From Rhynchopus sp. YZ270_cl-10 (Eukaryota), in the NCBI GenBank assembly GCA_964035575.1, contig OZ037842.1, positions 1,178,001 to 1,242,000 on the forward strand: 64,000 bases of DNA, written 5' to 3'. A program made the position numbers and the translations under genes. Below are positions 13,446-23,692 of this stretch, one piece after another (position 1 is the first letter of the stretch; each line of letters begins with the position of its first letter). The notes beneath the pieces are model-generated. The model did no database searches. It was not told the origin of the DNA and worked only from the letters and a program-made list of their open reading frames with translations.

Positions 13446-14870
13446 ATGGCAGATGATTTTGGTTTGGGTGCGCTGTTCACAGAGGTGAAGAGCAGTTTGG
13501 AGCCTACCGAGCTGGTTATTATGTTGCAGCCGATGGCGTCGGTCCCTGCGGGCACACCATTCAGCCTTGCATTCAAACTCAGGAATGACAGTGGGGACGT
13601 CCCGCCGCCTGCAGGAAGCGTGGCAGAGACGCAACTCCAGGCCGAAGATATCTTGCAATGCGGCCGGCTTGCTGGAGAGCTTCCTCGGGTGAAGGACAAT
13701 GCGATTATCACGACCGGACTGAAGATTAGTTCCCCTGGGAGCTATACAGTGGAAACTCGCGTTACACTGCCAGACAACAAGGTGTTGGCCTGCAAGGTGG
13801 CAATCGTAGTGTGCGAGGCTGTGTCAGAGACGACTCCTTCGCCTGCAAAGGAACCCCTTCGTGCAGACAGCGAGTCTGAATCCCTGGAGCTCGACTTCAA
13901 CGACGGTGCGTCCAGCAAATCAGAGTCCCTCGGAGGAGGGGAGCGGTCTCCCTCAGAGGAGTCGCTACAGCGTGCTGCGTCACCTCCACCGGAGTCGGAG
14001 GCTTCCTACCACGAACCACCACCGTCGCCTCTCTACAGCAAAAAGGCACCGGTAACAACATACAGCTTTGTGCACTCCGGAAAGGACCTTGACAAGCATG
14101 GCGTGCTGTACTACCTTGGGCTCAATAAATTCAAAGCAAAGGAGACCGCAAAGTGGGTCAACCCGATGGACCGTGGGCTAGTCGAAGTGTCCGCTAGCAC
14201 AGTACGAAAGGGGGAACTGCGGAACTTCGTAGAACGCAGACCCGACCCAAATGCTCCGATGTGCCTCACAACAGAAGACGAAGAGCAGTCGTGGATTGAG
14301 GTCGACCTGAAGGACCACGTCTGCGCACCTAATGGATACGTTCTCGCGAATCGTACTGATAAAAGCAGAGATGTGCTTACAACCTGGACACTCGAAGGTT
14401 CAATGAACAAAAAGCTGTGGGTGGTTATCGACCAGAAAAAGAATGACCTGAGTCTGAGTGAATCCCGCATCAAAAGCGGCACCTTCTTCTTTAAAACACC
14501 GCAGTGCAAATACTACTTTAGACACTTCCGGGTGAAGATTGGACAGCAAGGGTCCACTAGCAATGCTAACATCCTTGCGTGCATGTGTTTCGAGCTGTAC
14601 GGCTTCTTCAGGAAGCGCAAGGAAGAGGAAAGCCCCGACTCACACGGTGTACCCCTCCCCGTCGAGGGCCCTGTACTAGACAGCCTTGGCCTCAAGGTGC
14701 ATCACGCTGACAAAGTCAACACCGATTTCAAAGGCCTCGTCGCGTCACGATTCGGCCTTACCGAAAGAAAGAGAAAATCGCGTCCCGAATCCAAAGACAA
14801 AGACAAAGACAAAGAGAAGGGCAAAGACCGGCGTGGACGTTCCCCTGATAAAAAGAGGACAAAGACATAA
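13446..14870 (+). CDS. F5/8 type C (discoidin / galactose-binding-like) domain protein with basic C-terminal tail
   Basis: 474-aa ORF with GVLYYLG..WVNP..VEVSAS..SWIEVDL..YVL..WTLEGS..YFRHFRV..FELYG, resembling the HECTD1/BTB-associated discoidin-like domain. Confidence 0.75.
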   Translation: MADDFGLGALFTEVKSSLEPTELVIMLQPMASVPAGTPFSLAFKLRNDSGDVPPPAGSVAETQLQAEDILQCGRLAGELPRVKDNAIITTGLKISSPGSYTVETRVTLPDNKVLACKVAIVVCEAVSETTPSPAKEPLRADSESESLELDFNDGASSKSESLGGGERSPSEESLQRAASPPPESEASYHEPPPSPLYSKKAPVTTYSFVHSGKDLDKHGVLYYLGLNKFKAKETAKWVNPMDRGLVEVSASTVRKGELRNFVERRPDPNAPMCLTTEDEEQSWIEVDLKDHVCAPNGYVLANRTDKSRDVLTTWTLEGSMNKKLWVVIDQKKNDLSLSESRIKSGTFFFKTPQCKYYFRHFRVKIGQQGSTSNANILACMCFELYGFFRKRKEEESPDSHGVPLPVEGPVLDSLGLKVHHADKVNTDFKGLVASRFGLTERKRKSRPESKDKDKDKEKGKDRRGRSPDKKRTKT

Positions 14871-15020
14871 TTTGGGGGGTGGGGTTTGGGGTTACCAAAA
14901 AAGGGGCCATCACGCCCCTACGATTTTACAAAAAAACAAGGCTTCATATTTTTCACATTTCCTCCCTATTCCCCCTTAGATTCCTTTAACCATCAGGCAT
15001 CGCATGGACACAATGAGACT

Positions 15021-17924
15021 ATGTTGCCGCATGATTACTTTGTCTCGAGCAGTGGTGTGACTGCTGCGCACGTATTAGTGCAGGATGGGTACAAAGACAC
15101 TGCGGAGAGTATTGTGCGTGGGGTGCTGCAGGGTGGGGGTAGGGTTTCGGATTTGGTGTTAGGGTGTAGTGCGTTGGAGAAACCGTCTGTTCTGCGACGT
15201 CTTAATGATATTGCCGCACGTGTGGAAAATCCTCAGTCGGACCAGGACAATGTGCAACCACAACCCCAATCACCACCTCGCACCGCGCTACCACCAGAGC
15301 TCATGCGAGCACTCCAACGCCAGATGCAGCAGCTCTTCCAACGCAACCCACCTAACGCACCCACACCTCGCGTCTACCACGCTCTGCAAACTGTGGAGGA
15401 CCATCGACGGCACCCAAAACGACAGTTAGGGTTTCGTCCTCAAAAACCCAAAATTGCACCCAGCCGCACCGTCGCGCCTGCTCCCCCCATGCCAAACCCT
15501 ACCCGGGAAGTGGACACCAGAACCTTCGCGGAACGGTGTGCAGACATCTTCAAGGAGGATGAGCGTGCCCGGGAGCATGAACGGCAGGCGCTTTTGAATC
15601 GGTCTGTTCTAAGCAGCTGCCGCTCCGCCACAGCGCCGACACCTACCACAGAGACAGCAACGCAGCGGAACCGACTGTCCGAAGCAGACTTCATAGCAGG
15701 GCCGTTCTTTGCTGGGCCCAAGGAGGGCTATTACTTTGGGGTGCATAAAGGGAAGCTAGGGTACCATCTCGATCCTTGCAGACAGATTCGCTTCATTAAG
15801 CAGAATGCTACAAAAGAGCCGGTCGGAATGCACAAAAAGATTAAGGAACAGATGGAAGCGATTGCGGAGACAAACCGAGAGGCAAAGGCACTGCAGGAAG
15901 CGGAACGGAGACAGGAGGCAAACAAACAGAAGGCGCTGACCTTCATGAAGTCCGTTGTGAAGAAGGAGGGTCAGGACGAGGAGGTGCCTCGCTTTGTTCC
16001 CCCGGGGTGGGTGCAGGACATTCCGCGCACCAGCCTGCTCATTGGGGAACGGATGTGCATACGTCTTGGCATGGGGCGTCCAGACGACCTTTCTTTTGTC
16101 GACCAATGGCTGCAATCAACTGTCCCCGACAAGGTTTCCCCAACCTTCATCGACCCCCTTACCAGAGCCATCATGCAGTGCCCGGTTTCTATTATGCTTA
16201 CAAAAGCGAATTTTGATGCAGCAACACTCCGGTCTATTATGGACCACAAACTCAGTGGAGCGTCCTGGGGTAGCGAAGAGCTGGACAACCGAGCAGAGGA
16301 CTGCTTTACGGGTCTCTATACTTGCGGCATTTTCAGTGATATTGGCGAGTTGAAGTATGACCTGTCCACAGTGCAGCACGGTCCGGTACAGCAAAACCCT
16401 GTTTTACGCAAAGTGATTCGGCTATGGAGAGAGCAGGTTGTGGTCGACACTGCACGTGAACAACGCATTGCGCACGATGCAGATGAAATCGCAGACTGGG
16501 CGATTCACCTCATCCTGCAAAGAACCCACTCCGTCGCAGAGCTGAACGTGCTTTCCACTGCGTATGGTGGCGGCAACGTTGTTGCATTTCCTCATGCCAT
16601 AGCCTACTGTAAATGGGAGGAACAAAAAAAAGAGTTTTTTGAATCCGACCCTCTCTGGTCCGACCGCGACGACCGCAGGAAGTACCGCGCGAGACACAGC
16701 ACAGTGCAACAACAGAAAATGCATGACATAGAGACCATGGTGCTTCCTTTACAAAAACTCTCAGAAGTGTGTTTGACCTGCCTTCCTCAGGACCCTTGCC
16801 TGGGGAAGCGTAAGGTCTGCCATATTGTTGCCATGGCACGCTGTGTGTTTCAAATTGACGCTGCACTGCCCGACTATGCAGTGGTTCTTCAAGCAAAGGA
16901 TCTTTTTCTTCGAGCGGAGCAGATGTTGTCTTCGCTTCGTTCCATTTCTTCGTTAGGGTTGGTTGTCGAAAATGATCCAGAATCGGACTCAGATGGGTCG
17001 TACCTTTCAGACTCTTGCGTTTCTTCTACTGATCTTGAAGGTGGTTCGCCAAAGGTAGATTCTCTATTATCTCGACGACCACAACGGTTTTATCCCCACC
17101 CAACATCACCCGGAGCCCCTACCCCCGCAATGCATGAATGGCGGGCCAAACGGAAGGAGGAGACCTATCAGCTAGCATGTTCACAAGAGATGCGTTCCCG
17201 CGCAGGTCGTCCTACCTGGTATGAAAAGCGTGGTGTGACTGTACCGGCAAAGGGGGACTCTCCATTTGATCGTGCACATCATATTGTGCCGTTTGAACGC
17301 TCTCCGCCATCTCCATCAGCAATGCCCTATGCTGCAGCGGTGTTGTTGATGCACAGCGGATGGGAAGGGTATCCACCGCAAGAAGCGCCCCGAATTTCCC
17401 CCACCCTCCCCCCAACGGCAGCCCTCGTTTTAGTGGTGTATTCCTCCCTGCGAAACCAACCTTCCTTCCAAGCATTGTCCGTTCCATTGAAAGTTTCCTT
17501 CGAAACTCCTCTCCAGATAACCCATTTTGCAGGGGGAAATGAAGAAGATAATTTCCTTCAAGGAAGGCAACTTCGGGGGTTGGTTTTGCCGGTTCCTAAA
17601 GGGGTGTTGGGGAGTAGTGGGGGTAGACCTACTGTAGTCCCACCACGACGGCAGAGGGATGAAGCAAAGGAAAGAGAGGCAGATGTAGGCAGCATAGGTG
17701 CGGATGGATGGACAATCAAAATGGTGGGGGGCCAGCAAAGACACCCTCCAGTCCCTCCTAAGGGAAAGGGGCGGAAGTCACGTAGAGGAACAAAGGCGCT
17801 CCCGGTGCTGGCAAAGCGGGTGAAAGTGTCATCAATTCCACCTGCCCCAAGGGGGGAGTGTCTGCAGAAAGGGATGATCTCTGCGCAAGGGGATGTATTA
17901 GTGTTGCAACCATTAGTTTGTTGA
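15021..17924 (+). CDS. Large hypothetical protein with a possible U-box-like segment
   Basis: Long uninterrupted ORF, first ATG at 15021. FIDPLTRAIMQCPV...FDAATL resembles a U-box. It also has an FxGxxxGYxFxxxxxxLGYxxD motif. Confidence 0.7.
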   Translation: MLPHDYFVSSSGVTAAHVLVQDGYKDTAESIVRGVLQGGGRVSDLVLGCSALEKPSVLRRLNDIAARVENPQSDQDNVQPQPQSPPRTALPPELMRALQRQMQQLFQRNPPNAPTPRVYHALQTVEDHRRHPKRQLGFRPQKPKIAPSRTVAPAPPMPNPTREVDTRTFAERCADIFKEDERAREHERQALLNRSVLSSCRSATAPTPTTETATQRNRLSEADFIAGPFFAGPKEGYYFGVHKGKLGYHLDPCRQIRFIKQNATKEPVGMHKKIKEQMEAIAETNREAKALQEAERRQEANKQKALTFMKSVVKKEGQDEEVPRFVPPGWVQDIPRTSLLIGERMCIRLGMGRPDDLSFVDQWLQSTVPDKVSPTFIDPLTRAIMQCPVSIMLTKANFDAATLRSIMDHKLSGASWGSEELDNRAEDCFTGLYTCGIFSDIGELKYDLSTVQHGPVQQNPVLRKVIRLWREQVVVDTAREQRIAHDADEIADWAIHLILQRTHSVAELNVLSTAYGGGNVVAFPHAIAYCKWEEQKKEFFESDPLWSDRDDRRKYRARHSTVQQQKMHDIETMVLPLQKLSEVCLTCLPQDPCLGKRKVCHIVAMARCVFQIDAALPDYAVVLQAKDLFLRAEQMLSSLRSISSLGLVVENDPESDSDGSYLSDSCVSSTDLEGGSPKVDSLLSRRPQRFYPHPTSPGAPTPAMHEWRAKRKEETYQLACSQEMRSRAGRPTWYEKRGVTVPAKGDSPFDRAHHIVPFERSPPSPSAMPYAAAVLLMHSGWEGYPPQEAPRISPTLPPTAALVLVVYSSLRNQPSFQALSVPLKVSFETPLQITHFAGGNEEDNFLQGRQLRGLVLPVPKGVLGSSGGRPTVVPPRRQRDEAKEREADVGSIGADGWTIKMVGGQQRHPPVPPKGKGRKSRRGTKALPVLAKRVKVSSIPPAPRGECLQKGMISAQGDVLVLQPLVC

Positions 17925-18403
17925 TATTCTGTGAAGACTTTGGGTCCTCTTTTTTTTCTAGCTTTTGTTTAGATGTGCACGAGAGGCATCTTTCAAAGTT
18001 TTCTCTTCTTTTCCCACCGTTCATGCACTAAGGTACACTGATTTGTATTTCAAATCAACTTTTTAGTGTCTGCATCCGACGATGTGCGGTGAGGCGGTTT
18101 TGTACAATTCAACTTCTCTTTTTAAAAAGAGCTTTACCTCGACAGTCTATCCCCCCACTCACCTTTCAGCTTCTTTACAGCATGCTGTACGGTCCAAATA
18201 TTGCACCCCTTTTTTTAGTCCAAAAAATTCATGAACAAAAAAAGCTCTCATATTTTTTGTCGCTTTCGGAAAAAAAACGGCTTTCCTGATACCCCCCTCA
18301 TGAATGCTTCGTATTTTTCATTCAAACCAAAATTACCAAAAAAAAAAAATAATTTCTCACCTCTCAGAAAGCGATATTGGAACATCGCAATGCATAGTGC
18401 AGG

Positions 18404-19411
18404 ATGAGGTTGTGTCTTGGGGTTTGCTTTCGCCAGGCGAGGGGGGCGTTTTCCTCCTCTTCCTCTTTCTCAGACTCTCCCTGGGTTTCTCTTGGTTACA
18501 CCGAAAACGACATTGGCAAGAAAGTATCGAAACAGGATGTATCCGCAAGGTTCAGAGAGCTTGCAAAAACCCACCACCCAGACGCTGGCGGCGATGCGGC
18601 GCAGTTCCATACAATCAAAAGCGCGTACGAAGCTGTGAAACATGGGGGGCGCATTGCGCGAATCGAACGAATTGAACGAGAGCAGGACCACCATACCCCG
18701 TCACCTGCACCACAAACAAAAACCGCGTTTTACGATTATTGGAGTTCAATCAAACCTCAACGGGACCCTTCAATGATTGAGCAAGAGGAGATGGAAGAAT
18801 ATTTTCGATTGTTTCCGGAGACGGGGGGAACGATGAGTGGCTATGTTCGGTATATGACAGGCGAGGGGCGACGGAACCTACGGGCAGGTACGGTTTTGAT
18901 GTCGCGTGTTGTGCCGGACCCCCGTCTCGGGCGTCTCCACGGCGAGCCGCCGCAACCCCCTGGCGTTGGCAACGTGCCTGCAGTCGTCTTCCTCTTCGAC
19001 AACGTAAACGGCACCAGCCGTGGCATGCTTCTCAACCGTGGCCACTCAGGAGGTCCCTACGAATCCACCATACCCTGTCTCCACCAAAATCGAAGCCTCG
19101 CCGGAAAAAGGCGTCTCGCAAGAGGGCTGTACACAGGCGGCACGCCGCCCTCCCCAGAAGGTACCTTGTCCCGTGATGGAATGTGTGTCTGGAGAGATTT
19201 CGCGCTTGAGCGTGAGATCAGCGCAGGTCTCTGGTCAGTGCACCGTGAAATCCCCTTCAGCAGTGTGGCGCAAGGTGGCAGCGGTGCGGACCTCGAGGAC
19301 AGTCCCGAGCTTCAGGACAAAGACCCGCGTTTCGATGTGACAGAAGAGCGCTTTCAGTTGTTGAAGTCCTTATTAGAGTACGCCGTCTTCGGGACAAACC
19401 CGTGGCGGTGA
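18404..19411 (+). CDS. DnaJ-domain protein fused to an AlgH/YqgE (UPF0301, DUF179)-like domain
   Basis: J domain with an HPD motif (FRELAKTHHPDAGGD). The C-terminal part has AGTVLMS, AVVFLFD, GMLLNR, GGP and W..ALEREISAGLW, typical of DUF179. The N-terminus looks like a mitochondrial presequence. Confidence 0.7.
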   Translation: MRLCLGVCFRQARGAFSSSSSFSDSPWVSLGYTENDIGKKVSKQDVSARFRELAKTHHPDAGGDAAQFHTIKSAYEAVKHGGRIARIERIEREQDHHTPSPAPQTKTAFYDYWSSIKPQRDPSMIEQEEMEEYFRLFPETGGTMSGYVRYMTGEGRRNLRAGTVLMSRVVPDPRLGRLHGEPPQPPGVGNVPAVVFLFDNVNGTSRGMLLNRGHSGGPYESTIPCLHQNRSLAGKRRLARGLYTGGTPPSPEGTLSRDGMCVWRDFALEREISAGLWSVHREIPFSSVAQGGSGADLEDSPELQDKDPRFDVTEERFQLLKSLLEYAVFGTNPWR

Positions 19412-19541
19412 AATTTTGCAATCAAGATCCCACTTTGTATTATTTTTGTGCAGCATTTGGGGCGTGACGACCCAAAAAAAAAAAAAATCAACCCGCACCC
19501 AACAGAATTTTCTGAAAACACAAGACTCATCCACCTTCACA

Positions 19542-20501
19542 ATGCTGCGTGTGTTTGCTGCTCTCGGATGTGTGATGTTGGTTCAGGGGTCTGGCTTCTG
19601 TCTCGACAAGACGGACTGTTCGGCGAGCGAGGCGTGTGTGGTGGAGACAAGCACCTGCACAGACTCTGGCCCCGCGCTTCACTTCTTCGATGTGTGCACA
19701 CACAGGCCGAACTGCTGTGGTGCCTCGCTGCAGTGTGTGCACTACTTCTCCAACTCGTACTGCCTCCCATTTGGCACGTGTGTTGAAACCCCTGCACCGA
19801 CCCCTGCATGCACACCGTACACAATCCACAAGGACAGGAGATGCCACTTCACTGAGTGCTACAACCCGGACACGTGCTCGTGTGAGCTTGACCAAGGCAC
19901 CACATGCACCGAGAACCCCTGCGACAGCCCTCTTGCCTGCACAAGTGGCTTCACCTGCATGCCTGTGCAGTGCAACGGGTGCCACTTCCAATGTGTCGAG
20001 GCTCCTCCAGCACCCGTCCCCGCCCCTGTGCCAACGATGGGGCCGTGTGAGAGCGACCTGGACTGCGGACTTGGGTGGTGGTGCAGGAGCACGAAGGGAA
20101 CGGACCCGGTGACAGGGCTTGCGACGTGCCTTCTGGAGGAGAAGGTGTGCACGAAGAAGCAGGACGAGGGGGCGTCGTGTGGTGGCTTCACCGTTGAGTG
20201 TGAGAGACATGCGTGCTTGGAGGGGCTTGAGTGTGCCTGCTCGGAGCCCACATGCGACGCTCCTGGTGTGTGCACACCACGTGAGTGCACAGCTGCGACA
20301 CCTGCCCAGACGTGTGAGACAGGATGCTGGAACCCTGCCCTGTGTGAGTGTGGGAACTTCCCCCCTCTTCCCTGCGCCAGGTTCATGTGTGACGGTGTTG
20401 ACTGCGGTGAGGGGAAGCACTGTGTTGAGCAGGTGACATGTGGGGTGTGCAGGACGATCTGTGTTGATGGTGCAAGCCCACCGACACTCCCGCTTATCTG
20501 A
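19542..20501 (+). CDS. Secreted cysteine-rich repeat protein
   Basis: Signal-peptide-like MLRVFAALGCVMLVQG, very high Cys content, and PAP/PTP linkers. Confidence 0.8.
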   Translation: MLRVFAALGCVMLVQGSGFCLDKTDCSASEACVVETSTCTDSGPALHFFDVCTHRPNCCGASLQCVHYFSNSYCLPFGTCVETPAPTPACTPYTIHKDRRCHFTECYNPDTCSCELDQGTTCTENPCDSPLACTSGFTCMPVQCNGCHFQCVEAPPAPVPAPVPTMGPCESDLDCGLGWWCRSTKGTDPVTGLATCLLEEKVCTKKQDEGASCGGFTVECERHACLEGLECACSEPTCDAPGVCTPRECTAATPAQTCETGCWNPALCECGNFPPLPCARFMCDGVDCGEGKHCVEQVTCGVCRTICVDGASPPTLPLI

Positions 20502-21387
20502 GCTTAGCCTGTGCCCCTGCCCTGCCCCGCCCTTCCCTGCCACCCCTTTTTAGATGTGAAGCCTGCCTGTCGATGCTGCGAAACCCAAAAAATGGCGGCC
20601 AGTGGCCAACCTGAGACGGGCTGTCTACAAGCAGCATTGTGTTTGCAAACCCTGATGATCACACTTGCTTTTCCGTTTATTTTTGCGAATGTGATGCGTT
20701 CGGGGAAAGCAAACTTAGGCTACATTATCTGCTCCAGCCTTTCTATGAAAGATGTGTGCCACTCAAACCACATTCATCTCTCAGGATTTCTTTGTTTATT
20801 TGCTTTTCTTTGTTGACTCCCTGCGTCCCAGAGACGTTTGCATTATCATTCTTCTTTTTGCAGATGTCCACATCCGTGAGGACAGTGCATCTTGCTGATT
20901 TTCCTTTGATGCATTGTTTTGCTGTGCCACACCAATGGCTGAAACAATGATTCTTTGTGATGCCCTTTTTATATCCCATCCTACGAAGCATATCGTTTGT
21001 GTGTTAACACTGAATCGCTAAAGTAGTCAAACAACTCACAGACACACCCCCACCTACCTTTTACCCACTGTCTACAAGCATTGCGTCTGCAACCCCACAA
21101 ACATGCACACCAGCGAAACATCACTCACTGTTGTGTGGGTATTGATGTTGTCGTAATGATGCCATCTGATTGCACCATCACAACCACACGTGAACATGGC
21201 GATATCGCAAAGGACGTACCCCATAGCGATCCTTCTGCCAGGGTCACAAGGTCACTTGCATCTGTTTGTTTTTTTTATACTGCCTGCGCCCCAGAGGCGT
21301 TTGCACCATCAGCTTCACGGCAAGAGTCCATCCAGACCAAACACCACATTCAGGAAAGAGATAAAAAACTTTAAAACCCAGTAAACA

Positions 21388-22543
21388 ATGCCGAAGGCCA
21401 AGACCGCCGTGAAGAAGCAGACCAAGCAGGAGTCGGACAAGAACCCCCTCCTCGTGTCGCGCCCGAAGAACTTCTCCGTCGGAAACGACCTGCCCCCGAA
21501 GCGTGATGTGAGCCGTTTCGTGCGCTGGCCCAAGTACATCACCCGCCAGAGGCAGAAGCGTGTGCTTGAGCGCCGTCTTAAGGTATTATTTTTTTTGGGT
21601 AGCACCACATGAACGAAGCAGCCAGGAGCATGCTTCTGTCTCTGCTCTTGTTCTGTGGTTGTGATTATCCCAAACACTGGGGAGTAGCAACGCGTGCTAT
21701 GATTATCCATGTGGGGTAGCAGAGGCCTGGCTAGGTTCTGTGATGATCCCGTTCTGCAAGGGTGTGCTGTGTTGTGCTGTGCGGTGAGGTGGTGTGTGCT
21801 GTCTGCACACCTGTCACACCGCACAACACAACACCACGCAGCCCTGTGCATCGAGGCAGTGACACGTCATGATTACCCTCCTCCAGCTGTCGTCTCAAAC
21901 GATGCATATGCTGCGCAGGACTGAGGTTGCCTTGCCACAAAGAGGATGGAAGAGTGTCGTGCAGAATGGATACATTTACACAAAACATTTACACACATGA
22001 CACTGACAGGTGCCGTCTGCTCTGAACCAGTTCCGTCTGACTCTCGACAAGCAGACCAAGAACGAGCTGTTCAAGCTGATGGAGAAGTACACCCCTGAGA
22101 CCAAGAAGCAGGCCGCCGAGCGTCGTCTGTCCGAGGCCAAGGCCAAGAAGGAGGAGAAGAAGGCGAACCTCGCCAAGAAGGCACCCTGCCTGAAGTACGG
22201 AATCCAGCAGGTGACCCGCATGATTGAGGAGAAGCAGGCCAAGATGGTTGTCATTGCACACGACGTCGACCCCATCGAGATTGTTGTCTGGCTGCCCTCC
22301 CTTTGCAAGGCACAGAACATCCCTTACTGCATTGTCAAAGGCAAGGCCGCCCTCGGGAAGTTCGTCGGCATGAAGACCTGCACCTGTGTGTGCTTCACCA
22401 GCGTCAAGGGAGAGCACTCCTCCACCTTCTCGAAGCTCCAGGACGCTGTGACGTCTGGCTTCAACGGACAGTACGACGAGATGCGCAAGTCGTGGGGTGG
22501 TATGATGATGGGCCGTAAGGGACGTCCCACCAAGGCAGCATGA
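21388..22543 (+). CDS. RPL7A: 60S ribosomal protein L7a (eL8); exons 21388-21582, 22010-22543
   Basis: Motifs [46 protein letters not shown] and PYCIVKGKA. One phase-0 GT-AG intron at 21583-22009. Confidence 0.97.
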
Positions 22544-22644
22544 GCGTAGGATCATCAGGGCGGGGTTGGGTGGGTGGGGTGGGGTACGTCTCATTCGTAG
22601 TTGTAGGTAGTTGTGTCGTGGATCGCTGTGTGCAAAAACATATA

Positions 22645-23592
22645 TCAGTCAATAACTGAACCACCGGGACTTTTCTCCCAAGGTTCGTTGAACAAAAAAC
22701 TGATCGTCAAAAAAAATTGTCCGACCCCGCAATTGAAAGATTTTGAGCAGCGGAATGCAAAGAAATAGAAATAAAAATAAAAATAAAAATAAAATTTTTT
22801 TGAACTCCAGATTGGTGAATCCCAAAAAGTCGGAAATGAATTGCATGAATGCGACCCACCGAAATTTTTAAAAAAAATTAAAACCCTGCGGGGATGGATT
22901 TCCGAGTCGATATCTTTTAATTGCGGGGTCGCACGATTTCTGGAAATGAGTAGAAGTTAAAAATTCTTCTGTACATGGGTAGTTGTGGCTGTACACCGTG
23001 GAAAACGGCGTACAGCCAGTCTAAACTGACACATGCATTTTAGGTCAAAAATACTCATTTCTGAGCGCAAAGTGACGCCATCACAGCACGCACAGACTCC
23101 CGAGAACCGAAAAAAAATTTTTTTTTTCCCGATTTTTTGTAGGCAAAAAATGGCCACCAACGAGTACCCCTTCAGACTTCCCTTAAGACTTTGTACAGGG
23201 AGCCCCCCACACAAAAACCAGGTTCCAGGGGGGTCAGGAGGGTGGCTGCGTAACAGTGAGGATCACTTTTTTTTCTTTGTCAAAAGTGATATTTTGACTG
23301 TTTTGCACGATCTGAATCCATTCGAACAGTTTTTTTTGAATTTTGAGGATTATTTTGTAAAATACTACCGCCCAGGCTTATACCCGAAAACTGGAAAAAC
23401 TGGTTTTGGTCGAGGCCCTCACACATCTGAGGTGAACCAACGACATCAAAAGTTTTCAAAACCCAGCGGGGATGGGTTTCCGAGTCGATATCTTTTAATT
23501 GCGGGGTCGGACAATTTTTTTTGACGAGTAGAAATTAAAAATTTTTCTGTACAAAAACGGAAAAAAGTCCCGGTGGCTCAATTATTGACTGA
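22645..23592. mobile_element. Non-autonomous TIR element (~950 bp), TA-flanked, Tc1/mariner-like MITE
   Basis: ~30-bp TIRs (tcagtcaataactgaaccaccgggactttt / aaaagtcccggtggctcaattattgactga, 2 mismatches) flanked by TA on both sides. Subterminal inverted block at 22711-22740 vs 23493-23522. Internal ~90-bp direct repeat at 22887-22976 vs 23466-23553. Confidence 0.75.
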
Positions 23593-23692
23593 TATGCCCC
23601 CCTCCCTTCCCATGCAGCTTTCATCCCCTTCGGTCCTGTACCCCTCCAACACGTTAACCTTCCCTTCAGCAACACAAACACAGAACAAAACA

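Noticed and set aside
14886..15020. Upstream extensions of ORFs from TTG/GTG starts (also 5616, 19416, 23573, 30108, 43213)
   Set aside because: In a eukaryotic context the downstream ATG after the pyrimidine or A-rich leader is the more plausible start.
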